Assembly: GCA_015065225.1 (NCBI GenBank)
Contig: SVQR01000001.1
Coordinates: 1-60,746 of the forward strand
DNA: 60,746 nt
Direction of reading: 5' to 3'
Source of the DNA: Oscillospiraceae bacterium
GTDB lineage: Bacteria; Bacillota; Clostridia; Oscillospirales; CAG-382
Each line of letters begins with the position of its first letter. The first letter of the stretch is position 1. Both the position numbers and the translations under genes were made by a program. The notes below the pieces were generated by a model. The model saw nothing but the letters and a program-made list of their open reading frames with translations. It did no database searches and had not been told where the DNA came from. Of the stretch, positions 27,421-36,142 are shown piece after piece.

Positions 27421-28800
27421 TTAAAAAAGCTCATTTACATCACAAACGATACCGTAATCCGCATAATCGAATATCTTAGCACTCTTATCGGAATCTACGG
27501 CAATAATAACTCCACTTTGCTCAATAGCACATGTATGCTGAACAGCCCCGGAAATGCCGAGAGCGACATATACATTGGGCGATACCACCTTGCCGGTAAG
27601 TCCGACCTGATCGGAGTATTCTGCCATAGACTTGTCAACAACCATTCTCGTTGCCGCAAAGCCGTAACCATTATCCTTTGCAAAGTTTCGCACCTTGTCA
27701 AGAATATCCGCACAGCCGAGACCTGCACCGATAATTACGCTGTCGCAGGACTCCTCGCTTGTTCTGACAGTTGCCATCTGAGGAAGTGTTCTGCACTCTA
27801 TTTTCGCCATGATGCTTCCGGCAAAGGCAGGGCGATACATATACAGCTTCTTTCCGTCTGTTTCAAGGGCGGTGCAGTCGGCACAAAGTCCGGTTTCAAG
27901 AAGTGCCGCAACCTGAGGTGCATATCGCCTTCCCCAAAGTCCGCTGTCCCAGAGTATGACGGCAGGCTTTTCTTTTTTTGCCATTTCCGCAATCTCTGTA
28001 ACATCGGTTGCATCTATGATGCGAACATTCTCGGCGATCTGTTTGGCTTTTTCAAGCGGTTTTTCACCGATACACCATACTTCGGGAAGCTTTACCTCAC
28101 TTTCCTCGACTTCGACCGCAAGCCTTGCTTTGCCCTTGTTTTCTTCAATCAGCTTTAAGAACTCAGACTTATCAACAAACTTACAATGTCTTTTGCCGAC
28201 ATTACTTTCAAAGGTTTTCAGCACTTTTGTCGGCGAATTGCGAAGTCCGACCTTGGTCTTGTCGATCCCTGCATCTTCACATGACCATACCTCGACAGTT
28301 CCTTTTTTGGAGGTAAGCCTCGGAAAACGCAGATTGTTTATCCTCTCCACTGTCACAAGAGCAGGGAAGGATGCATTTTCCTTGCCGAAGCGTGTGTCAC
28401 ATTCTACACCGGTATCGGTGACATTCAGCTTCAGCACATTGGTAACAAGCGAAAGTCCGCAAAGAACAGCAACCTCGCTTCCAACTTGTGCCGTATCACC
28501 GTCAATGCTCTGACGACCGCAGATAACAAGATCAGGTTGTATTTTTTTTACGCACTCGGAGAGGGCATAGGCTGTACAAAGAGTATCAGAGCCCGCAAGA
28601 GCGGGATCGGTCAGAAGTATATTTCTTTTCGTACCGAGCCTTGAAAGCCTTGTCAGAAGCTCCGCACAGCCGGGTCTGCCCATGGAAAGAACTGTCACTT
28701 CGGCATCGGGAATTCTGAGAGCTTCCTCAAGAGCGCAGGCATCAAAGGGGTTAATATCGCCGTCGGGAAGCTGTTTTATAAGAGTCAGGATCTTTAGCAT
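27421..28800 (-). CDS. Fused electron-transfer flavoprotein (EtfB-like N-terminal half, EtfA/FixB-like FAD-binding C-terminal half)
   Basis: 459 aa with a GGAGG RBS. The N-terminus MLKILTLIKQLPD..INPFDACALEEALR..ICGRQSIDGDTAQVG is EtfB-like. The C-terminus ..DQVGLTGKVVSPNVYVALGISGAVQH..IIAVDSDKSAKIF..ADYGIV is EtfA-like. Confidence 0.8.
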   Translation of the reverse strand: MLKILTLIKQLPDGDINPFDACALEEALRIPDAEVTVLSMGRPGCAELLTRLSRLGTKRNILLTDPALAGSDTLCTAYALSECVKKIQPDLVICGRQSIDGDTAQVGSEVAVLCGLSLVTNVLKLNVTDTGVECDTRFGKENASFPALVTVERINNLRFPRLTSKKGTVEVWSCEDAGIDKTKVGLRNSPTKVLKTFESNVGKRHCKFVDKSEFLKLIEENKGKARLAVEVEESEVKLPEVWCIGEKPLEKAKQIAENVRIIDATDVTEIAEMAKKEKPAVILWDSGLWGRRYAPQVAALLETGLCADCTALETDGKKLYMYRPAFAGSIMAKIECRTLPQMATVRTSEESCDSVIIGAGLGCADILDKVRNFAKDNGYGFAATRMVVDKSMAEYSDQVGLTGKVVSPNVYVALGISGAVQHTCAIEQSGVIIAVDSDKSAKIFDYADYGIVCDVNELF

Positions 28801-28858
28801 AAGACCTCCGGATAATTAAGGATTAGTATGGTTGGAATATTTTTCTCATAATATGTTA

Positions 28859-28887
28859 TTGTAAAGGGAAGCTTGATGATGTATAAT
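28859..28887 (+). promoter_or_regulatory. Candidate sigma-A promoter of the XRE regulator gene
   Basis: TTGTAA, a 17-nt spacer, then TATAAT. Confidence 0.4.
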
Positions 28888-28921
28888 TGTATTACAGAAT
28901 ACACGAAAGGAACAGTGATCA

Positions 28922-30148
28922 ATGAAATTATCTATAGGTGATAGAATACGTGATTGCCGTAAAAATATAAATCTTACACAGGAGGAGCTTGCCGAGAAGC
29001 TTTGTGTGTCTTTTCAGACGGTCAGCCGCTGGGAAAACGGAAACTCTTACCCCGATATTGAGATATTGCCTCAGCTGTCACAGTTGTTTGATGTTACTAT
29101 GGACTATCTATTCGGTAATGAGGGCAAGCAACGTGAGACTCGTGCGAATGAGGAGTTTGACAAAGCCTTGGAATATCTTGATACCGAATCTCCCGACAAG
29201 AAAAAAGCATATGAGCTGATACACAATCTCCGTGTGGATTTTCCCGACCATAACAGACTTACACATCTTTTTATATATGTTTTCTCCAACAAACTCTGGA
29301 AAGATCCTGATATTCTTTATGAGCTTCGACTTATCGCAGAGAATCTTCTCGGAAACCCGAAAACACCAAAATGGGTAAAGGATGAAGTTGTGTGGTATAT
29401 GAGCAGCTATGAAACAGACGAGCTCATCACTCCGTTTATAGACAGATACACCACAGAAAATATGGATCTGCGCCGTTCTCATCTCCTACTGCACAGATAC
29501 AGAGCAAGAGATGAACACGAAAAAGCGGAATTTGTAAAGCAGTGCATATTGTATGAAACAATAGACGAGATATGCACAGGCGGCTGGTGGAGACAATGCG
29601 GAAAGCCAAACGACGTTAACCTCTCAAAATGGGGCAACGACATAGGCTTTGCACTTCTCAATTCGGTTTGCAGAAACGGAAATGATCCGAAATATCCCGT
29701 AAGCGGTGACGGAAATGTAGATGTATTCTTTTCCATCCGTATAATCATGGGCTTCCGCAAGGCGTGCTATCACGCAACGCTCGGTGAAAAGGAGACCGCA
29801 TATATCGTTCTTGAGGATACCGTGTCACTCCTTGAAAAAGGCTTCTCCCTTGAGAACGGAACGGAGCTTACGGCAGATGTTCCGTATCTTGATGTATTCA
29901 AACTGAAAATAGAATATTTTGAAGAAGTAAACCACGGAACCTGTGCCATGCAATGTGTCTGTCAGGGGGAAGAAAACGGTATATATATCGGTGCATATAC
30001 TCATTTGTCACTCTGCCGAAGGATACTCGCCGAGCCCAAAGGCTGGGAATGGTTCAACCCGATACGGGATGAGGAACGGTACAAGAAGTATATCGAAAGA
30101 ATAGACGAGCTGATCAAAAAACTCCAAACACTACCCCCTGCGAAATGA
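28922..30148 (+). CDS. XRE-family helix-turn-helix transcriptional regulator with a long helical C-terminal domain
   Basis: 408 aa. The N-terminus IGDRIRDCRKNINLTQEELAEKLCVSFQTVSRWENGNSYPDIEILPQLSQLFDVTMDYLFG is a classic HTH_3 domain. Confidence 0.9.
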   Translation: MKLSIGDRIRDCRKNINLTQEELAEKLCVSFQTVSRWENGNSYPDIEILPQLSQLFDVTMDYLFGNEGKQRETRANEEFDKALEYLDTESPDKKKAYELIHNLRVDFPDHNRLTHLFIYVFSNKLWKDPDILYELRLIAENLLGNPKTPKWVKDEVVWYMSSYETDELITPFIDRYTTENMDLRRSHLLLHRYRARDEHEKAEFVKQCILYETIDEICTGGWWRQCGKPNDVNLSKWGNDIGFALLNSVCRNGNDPKYPVSGDGNVDVFFSIRIIMGFRKACYHATLGEKETAYIVLEDTVSLLEKGFSLENGTELTADVPYLDVFKLKIEYFEEVNHGTCAMQCVCQGEENGIYIGAYTHLSLCRRILAEPKGWEWFNPIRDEERYKKYIERIDELIKKLQTLPPAK

Positions 30149-30170
30149 GCATAGCGAATGCAGCAAATTT

Positions 30171-30221
30171 AAAGTTCTTTGCCTCTCTTTCTTTCAAGAA
30201 AGAGAGCCGCCGGAGGCCTCC
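30171..30221 (+). repeat. Intergenic palindromic repeat, copy A
   Basis: AAAGTTCTTTGC + CTCTCTTTCTT-tc-AAGAAAGAGAG (11-bp perfect stem, 30183-30206) + a GGAGGCCTCC palindrome. It is related to the copies at 31824-31870 and 41454-41500. Confidence 0.7.
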
Positions 30222-30224
30222 CGT

Positions 30225-31697
30225 TCAAAACTCTCCATGATAAATCGGCGCAAGTGCCCTCTGTACTGCCTTGTACTTCTTAAAGACCTCACGGTATTTA
30301 GCCGTATTTTCCGCAATCGGCTCTGTGATATTAGCCTTAACGATACACTTTTTAACAGCATCCTCGGGCGATGCAAAAACACCTGCCGCAATACCTGCAA
30401 GCATAGCAGAGCCCAGGGAAGAATCACTGCTTTCCGTAGTATAAAGAGTAATACCAAGCATATCGGCTGTCATCTGTCGCCAAAGGGGAGACTTCGCTCC
30501 GCCTCCGATGATGACGGCTGTTTCTTTATGCGGAATACCTATCTCGGTAAGAGTATCCATGCAGTCCAGAAGCGAGAAGCATACTCCTTCAAGAACGGCT
30601 CTTGTGAAATGCGCCTTCGTGTGGTTGGCACGAACACCTATAAAGCTTCCGCAAAGTGTAGGATCGGCATAAGGTGTCAGTTCTCCGTTTATGTACGGAT
30701 GGAACATCACACCCTCAGAGCCTATCGGAAGAGCCGCAGCACCGCTGTCAAGCTCCTTGTAATCACCGCCGAATGTATCTCTGTACCAGCGGTAACTCTG
30801 CGCACACGCCTTTGTGGCTGTTCCGGGATACCAGAGTCCGTCGGCTATATGTGAATAGTTTATAAGATGTGTATGAGGATAAGCCTTGCTCGTGATAACA
30901 CAAATTCTGCCGGCAGTTGCAAGCTTTACCGTCATGTCACCCTCGGATACGGCTCCCGATGCAAATACTTCCATAACGGTGTCGGTAGTTCCGCAGATAA
31001 CGGGCGTTCCTTCGCAAAGACCGCACTTTTCTGCCGCTTCCTTTGTGATGTTACCGATAACATCCGTAGGCTTCACAAGCGGGGGAAGACAAGCGATATC
31101 AAGTCCGCAGAGATCGCAAAGCTCCTTCGACCATTCACTCTTGTCAAGATCGTAAAGCATACTGCCCTCGGCTTCGATGTAGTCTGTACACCATACACCT
31201 GTGAGCATAAAGCGGATGTAGTCCTTCTCAAAATAAATACGCTTTGTCTTAGCAAAGATTTCCGGCTCATTGTCACGCATCCAGAGAAGCATAGGCAGAG
31301 TCCAGATAGTATCAGGCTTGTGATATGTCTTTGCAAGTATCATGTCAAGATGATTTTCACGAAGGTATGCCGCTTCCTTGGTGCTCCTTGAATCCGTCCA
31401 ATGGATAGCATTTCTAAGCGGAATACCGTTCTCATCCGTCGGAAGGAATGTGTGAGTAGCTGAATCTATCGCAACTGTAAGTATATCCGAAGGAGCAATA
31501 CCGCTTTTTGAAAGCAGTGCCGCAATATTTTCATAAAGTGCATTCATCCAGTCGGAGGGTGACTGCTCGCACCAGCTGTTCTGCGGTCTGAGAGTCGGAT
31601 ATTCAACTGTATTGTCCGCATAAATCTTTCCGTCTGTTCCAAGAAGCGTAGCTTTTGATGCACCGCCGCCGAAATCAATGCCGAGTAAATATTTCAT
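30225..31697 (-). CDS. FGGY-family carbohydrate kinase (xylulokinase/gluconokinase-like)
   Basis: I chose the ATG at 31697 (AGGAGA RBS). The protein starts MKYLLGIDFGGGASKATLL, has the FGGY N- and C-terminal domains, and contains ..IIGGGAKSPLWRQM.. Confidence 0.85.
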   Translation of the reverse strand: MKYLLGIDFGGGASKATLLGTDGKIYADNTVEYPTLRPQNSWCEQSPSDWMNALYENIAALLSKSGIAPSDILTVAIDSATHTFLPTDENGIPLRNAIHWTDSRSTKEAAYLRENHLDMILAKTYHKPDTIWTLPMLLWMRDNEPEIFAKTKRIYFEKDYIRFMLTGVWCTDYIEAEGSMLYDLDKSEWSKELCDLCGLDIACLPPLVKPTDVIGNITKEAAEKCGLCEGTPVICGTTDTVMEVFASGAVSEGDMTVKLATAGRICVITSKAYPHTHLINYSHIADGLWYPGTATKACAQSYRWYRDTFGGDYKELDSGAAALPIGSEGVMFHPYINGELTPYADPTLCGSFIGVRANHTKAHFTRAVLEGVCFSLLDCMDTLTEIGIPHKETAVIIGGGAKSPLWRQMTADMLGITLYTTESSDSSLGSAMLAGIAAGVFASPEDAVKKCIVKANITEPIAENTAKYREVFKKYKAVQRALAPIYHGEF

Positions 31698-31768
31698 AAC
31701 CAAATCTCCTATCATATTAAATATACTGATGTCCTTTGATCCAAAAATCAAAACTGCAATTTTCAGAT

Positions 31769-31812
31769 CAAAAAACACCAAGCCCCGGAGGCTTTTAAAG
31801 CCGAGGGGGCTT
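31769..31812 (-). terminator. Rho-independent terminator after iolB
   Basis: The minus-strand RNA reads AAGCCCCCUCGGCUUU-A-AAAGCCUCCGGGGCUU (an imperfect long stem), then GGUG and UUUUUU. Confidence 0.55.
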
Positions 31813-31823
31813 AATATTCTTAA

Positions 31824-31870
31824 TTCTTTGCGTCTCTTTCTTTTAAGAAAGAGACCGAGGGGTGTCGGGG
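31824..31870 (+). repeat. Intergenic palindromic repeat, copy B
   Basis: TTCTTTGC + GTCTCTTTCTT-tt-AAGAAAGAGAC + CGAGGGGTGTCGGGG. This 47 nt matches the reverse complement of 41454-41500 except for one loop base. Confidence 0.8.
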
Positions 31871-31894
31871 AGCAGCGCTCCCTGACATTGTCGA

Positions 31895-32683
31895 TTACTT
31901 TATCCAATCATGCTCCGGGTCATTGCTTCTGTTGAAGCCCTGGTAGTCGCCTGCCATGAGCCAGAGGAAGTAAGTCTTATAACCGGGAGTTGAAACAGTG
32001 GAATGATAACCGTAAGGGAACTCAACAAGCTCATCGTTCTTTACTCTGTAAGCCTCGTCTATCTCGCCGTCGGATGTATAAAGACACTGAACGGCAAAGC
32101 CCTGTTCCGGATCAAAGAGGAAGTAATAGATTTCTTCTGCAATACATTCTGTAGGCATATTGTCCTCGTCGTGCTTGTGAGGCGGGAATCCTGCCCAGTT
32201 ACCCTCTGTGGTATACGCTTCACCGATGGTGAGTACCTTCGCGTTGGAGTTGCCGTCAATAATGAAGCTTGTCTCTCTCTGGAAAGGAACTCTGCCGAGG
32301 AGCTTGAGGACAACATGATCCTCACGAAGTACCTGAGGCTCTGTTTTTTCCGTAACAGGTGTTGCACATACTGCGATCTTGATGTTGTCTATTGCTTCTA
32401 TAACGCATTCTTGTTCACGAGGCATATAGAAGGATTCAGCCTTCCTGTTTTCAAATACCGACATTCTGTTGCCGATATTCTCCCACTTTTCACCGTTTAC
32501 TTCAACGTTGCAGTGACCGGAAAGCATGATGAATGCAGTTTCCTTGTCCTCTGTGTTGTAGGTGAGTTTTTCACCGGGACTGAGCTCTATGATACCGAAT
32601 TCAAGTTTTTTCAGACTGCATTCACCGATCTTGCAGATAGGTGTATAACCCTTTGCGGGAGTATATGTCTTTTTAAAGTTCAT
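31895..32683 (-). CDS. iolB: 5-deoxy-glucuronate isomerase
   Basis: 262 aa. GNWAGFPPHKHDEDNMPTECIAEEIYYFLFDPEQGFAVQCLYTSDGEIDEAY and NDPEHDWI match my recollection of B. subtilis IolB closely (GNWSSYPPHKHDQDNLPEE..EETYYH..GQGFVFQRVYTDD, NDPAHEWI). Confidence 0.9.
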   Translation of the reverse strand: MNFKKTYTPAKGYTPICKIGECSLKKLEFGIIELSPGEKLTYNTEDKETAFIMLSGHCNVEVNGEKWENIGNRMSVFENRKAESFYMPREQECVIEAIDNIKIAVCATPVTEKTEPQVLREDHVVLKLLGRVPFQRETSFIIDGNSNAKVLTIGEAYTTEGNWAGFPPHKHDEDNMPTECIAEEIYYFLFDPEQGFAVQCLYTSDGEIDEAYRVKNDELVEFPYGYHSTVSTPGYKTYFLWLMAGDYQGFNRSNDPEHDWIK

Positions 32684-33584
32684 AACCGTTCTCCTTTAAA
32701 TAATTCTTTACATCGTCAAACGACGGCACAGATTCTCTTGCACCGACATTCATGCACTTCATCGCCGAAACAGCACTTGAAAAGTGACAGCACTTGAGGA
32801 AATCAAAGCCGTAAGAGAGTCCTGCCGCAAACGCACCGTGGAATACATCGCCCGCACCGTTGGAGTCAACAACCTCGGCAGGATATATCGGATATGCCAC
32901 GATCTTCTCTCCGTCGTAAAGTATACCGCCGTCCTTGCCCATTGTGATAACAACGACTTCGGGATGATATGTGTCATACAGCTTCTTTGCCGCATCCTCT
33001 ACATTGTCCGTTTTTGTGTGTCCGAGTGCATATTCCTTTGACGGAATAAGTATATCAACATAAGGCAAAAGTCCCTCGATACCGGGGTAAAGTCCGCCTG
33101 CATCGTAAAGCACCTTTGTTCCGTGCTCTTTTGCATACTTTGCCGCTTCTATTGCCGCAGAAAGTTCGTTGCCGTCTACCATGAGAATGTCGGCTTCGGC
33201 AATTGCCGCTTTTTTAGTATCGTCAAGAGTGAGTGCGGGAAGATTTCCTTTATCGAATACACAGGTACGGGATGCTGCTTCCTTTGAAAGCCAGATACAT
33301 GATGTAAAAGCTCTGTAGCCTTCAAGGAAATCTATGTTCTTTGTGCAGACACCGTACTTTTCAAAGTCACCCTTCAGAAAGTCTCCCGTTCCGTCCTTGG
33401 AAAGTACACCTATAAAGCCGGCAGGTACACCGAGCTTTGATACCGCAACTATACCTGTTGCCGCAGGACCGCCGCCCGCGAGCTTTGTTCCTTCCGCACG
33501 GAGCTTTGTGTCCTCGGTCGGAAAATGCGGAACTGTTATCAGCGTGTCCATAACGCACGCACCGATACCTACTACCTTGCTCAT
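32673..33584 (-). CDS. PfkB-family sugar/sugar-acid kinase (IolC/KdgK-like)
   Basis: 303 aa. It has an N-terminal GG motif (KLAGGGPAATG) and the C-terminal DSNGAGDVFHGAF anion-hole motif. Its start overlaps the upstream aldolase stop (ATGA). Confidence 0.85.
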   Translation of the reverse strand: MSKVVGIGACVMDTLITVPHFPTEDTKLRAEGTKLAGGGPAATGIVAVSKLGVPAGFIGVLSKDGTGDFLKGDFEKYGVCTKNIDFLEGYRAFTSCIWLSKEAASRTCVFDKGNLPALTLDDTKKAAIAEADILMVDGNELSAAIEAAKYAKEHGTKVLYDAGGLYPGIEGLLPYVDILIPSKEYALGHTKTDNVEDAAKKLYDTYHPEVVVITMGKDGGILYDGEKIVAYPIYPAEVVDSNGAGDVFHGAFAAGLSYGFDFLKCCHFSSAVSAMKCMNVGARESVPSFDDVKNYLKENGYEL

Positions 33585-34411
33585 TTCGCCATTCCTTCCG
33601 CACCGAGAAGTTTAATTTTGGAAAGTGCAAACTGCTTTACGCAATTTATCGGCTCTTTCATAAAGAGGTCGATGGCAACAGTGCTTCTGTCAACGGCAAA
33701 TACACCGTCAAGGAAGGAGTAGCAAATGTCGGTACCGAAGTTGATCTTTCTGATACCTGCCTTGATGGATGCGATTATCTGATCATCGGGAATACCTGAG
33801 CCGCCGTGAAGCACCAGCGGAATCTTTGCAGCAGCCTTAATATCCGAAATTCTCTGAATATCAAGCTTAGGAGGCTTCTTGTATCTGCCGTGAGCAGTAC
33901 CTACAAGTACCGCAAGAGCTGCAACGCCTGTCTTTTCAACGAAGTCCGCAGCTTCCGCAACATCCGTAAACTCATCCATAGCATCATCATTTACAGAACC
34001 TACATGACCGAGCTCACCCTCGACATCTATACCGATGTAAGCCGCTGTCTCAACGACTCTCTTTGTGATCTCGACGTTCTTGTCATAATCAAATGCGGAG
34101 GCGTCTATCATAACGCCCGTAGCACCGTAGCGGATAGCTCTTGTTGTCTCCTGCTCACTTGCACCGTGGTCAAGGTGGAAGCACACCGGAACGGATGCAC
34201 TTTCAGCCGCCTTGAGAATAATGGGTGCAAGATAGAATGCGGAGCCCTGTGTGAAAAGTCTTGAATAGGACTGAAGGATCACGGGAGCTTTAGCTTCCTC
34301 TGCCGCCTCGATACATCCCATTACCGTTTCCATATTGTAAACATTGAATGCGGGAATGGCAAAGTTGCCTTCTTCCGCAATTGCAAGTATTTCTTTAAGT
34401 GTTACTAACAT
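33581..34411 (-). CDS. Class II ketose-bisphosphate aldolase family (IolJ/FbaB/tagatose-bisphosphate aldolase-like)
   Basis: 276 aa. It has ..FAIPAFNVYNMETV.., ..VPVCFHLDHG.., ..LVLHGGSG.. Confidence 0.85.
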   Translation of the reverse strand: MLVTLKEILAIAEEGNFAIPAFNVYNMETVMGCIEAAEEAKAPVILQSYSRLFTQGSAFYLAPIILKAAESASVPVCFHLDHGASEQETTRAIRYGATGVMIDASAFDYDKNVEITKRVVETAAYIGIDVEGELGHVGSVNDDAMDEFTDVAEAADFVEKTGVAALAVLVGTAHGRYKKPPKLDIQRISDIKAAAKIPLVLHGGSGIPDDQIIASIKAGIRKINFGTDICYSFLDGVFAVDRSTVAIDLFMKEPINCVKQFALSKIKLLGAEGMAK

Positions 34412-34427
34412 TGTTTTTTCCTCTCAT

Positions 34428-36140
34428 TTAATTATTGATTATTTTAGCATTTTCCGTACACGTTATAACGACGGGTTTGCCACTGCAGTTTTCATATGTG
34501 TTTTCCATGACAGTTACATTCTTATGTCCCTTAAGCCATGCCTTGTTCTGCACCTCATCATGTGATGAAGTAACATTTACAACGCCGAAGCCTCTGTCCT
34601 TAACGGTATTGGTGCAATTTATGAATGTATTTCCCTTTACAAGAAGATTATCCGCAAAGCCTGCCTCGTACCAATATGTGAAATCCGGAGCTGCAAGTAC
34701 CGCAGAAAGTCTCAGATCCTTGAAGGTGCATCCCGTAACAACGGCATTCTTCGCCTGGAGAAGAACTCCTCTTGCTCTGCCGTTACCGATATTACAGTTC
34801 TTTACAAGTACATCGGGAGATGCGGAGACGTTCTGTATGTAACAGCCCTCCTTCACTCCTTCGGGAAGAACATCAAATTCAATGGTCTTTCCGTTGTGCT
34901 TTTTTACTTTGGCAAAACCGATACTGTTGCAGGATGAGTTGAAAAATTCCACTGTCTCGCCCGCAAGGAACTCTCCTTGCGCAAAGGCATTCTGCGTGCC
35001 GCCGGCATTTACGGTTGCTTTATTGCCGTCAATATTTGCTACAACACCAAGCATTGTGAGGATATTAAGCGCATCATCGCCGATACCGACAAAATTGCTG
35101 TTCTCGATAAGGAGCTTCCCGGACAACTGATTTATATGTATGCAGTCCTCGTTTGATGCGAGCATAGCATGACTTTCATCGGGAACGGATATATCAAGTC
35201 CCGAGAAAACAAAGTTTGAGCTTCCGCAGGTTGCATAGAAGAATGCACTCGGACATGAAAAGCATCCGATATCACGAAGCTCAAGTCCCGAGGTATTCTG
35301 GACAAATATCGCAGGCGAAGCGTAGCTTCCGCAGGAAACTCTGCAGCATATTTTGTCACCGACCTTACCGATATTCACAGGAACGGAAAAGCGAAGCTCA
35401 CCGTCTTCCTTTGAAAGCTTTGTGCCTTCCTGCGGCCAGATCTCATTGTAAAAACCGTTCTCATTTGCCACAAGCACCGAGAAAACAGATTCACCGCCGA
35501 CAACATTTGTTTTGTACTCCTCGGCTGGCTTTCCGAAAAGCTCAAAGTATATCTTTCCGTCACGGATCTCCGTAATTGTACCTTCCGCCGACGAAGGCTC
35601 GGCATAATCCACCGTGAAGCCTTCAAGATATATATTCTTACAGTTTTGGATGTTGAAGATAACGCTTGCATTTCCCGAGATGACTCCGAGCATTTGCGGA
35701 GAATATCCGATATTTACAAGTATAGTATCATTTCCGACTATGCGAAGATCCTTTTTTCCGTGAAGCTTAAAGCCTTCGACAATAAAGACTTTTCCTTTCG
35801 GAAGTACTATCTCCGTACCCGCATCGGCATCACCGATAGCCTTGCCTATAATATCCGCATTCTTTTTTGCACAGGCAATGTTATCCGATACGACACCGAG
35901 TTCTGACAGCACAATCTTTTCTTTTACTTGGAATTCCGGCATTACATCATTGCTTGTATATGCAAGAACAGATTCCATCTTCTTGTTAACTTCCTCGTTT
36001 TCCGTAATTACGGCAGGGGTGTAGTCCACAACTTCGCGTTTCCCTACGTTGTCGGAAGATGAAGGATTCATCCCGGTAAAGGCCGCGATAGCCACAGACA
36101 CGACAGCCGCAATGGATAAAGCTATATTCATCTTTTTCAT
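34428..36140 (-). CDS. Membrane-anchored/secreted right-handed beta-helix (pectin-lyase-fold) protein
   Basis: The N-terminal hydrophobic anchor is MKKMNIALSIAAVVSVAIAAFTG, and NxxxG/I-rich repeats occur throughout. The start is ambiguous: TTG 36146, ATG 36140 or ATG 36131. It overlaps the upstream SGNH stop. Confidence 0.75.
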   Translation of the reverse strand: MKKMNIALSIAAVVSVAIAAFTGMNPSSSDNVGKREVVDYTPAVITENEEVNKKMESVLAYTSNDVMPEFQVKEKIVLSELGVVSDNIACAKKNADIIGKAIGDADAGTEIVLPKGKVFIVEGFKLHGKKDLRIVGNDTILVNIGYSPQMLGVISGNASVIFNIQNCKNIYLEGFTVDYAEPSSAEGTITEIRDGKIYFELFGKPAEEYKTNVVGGESVFSVLVANENGFYNEIWPQEGTKLSKEDGELRFSVPVNIGKVGDKICCRVSCGSYASPAIFVQNTSGLELRDIGCFSCPSAFFYATCGSSNFVFSGLDISVPDESHAMLASNEDCIHINQLSGKLLIENSNFVGIGDDALNILTMLGVVANIDGNKATVNAGGTQNAFAQGEFLAGETVEFFNSSCNSIGFAKVKKHNGKTIEFDVLPEGVKEGCYIQNVSASPDVLVKNCNIGNGRARGVLLQAKNAVVTGCTFKDLRLSAVLAAPDFTYWYEAGFADNLLVKGNTFINCTNTVKDRGFGVVNVTSSHDEVQNKAWLKGHKNVTVMENTYENCSGKPVVITCTENAKIINN

Positions 36141-36142
36141 CC

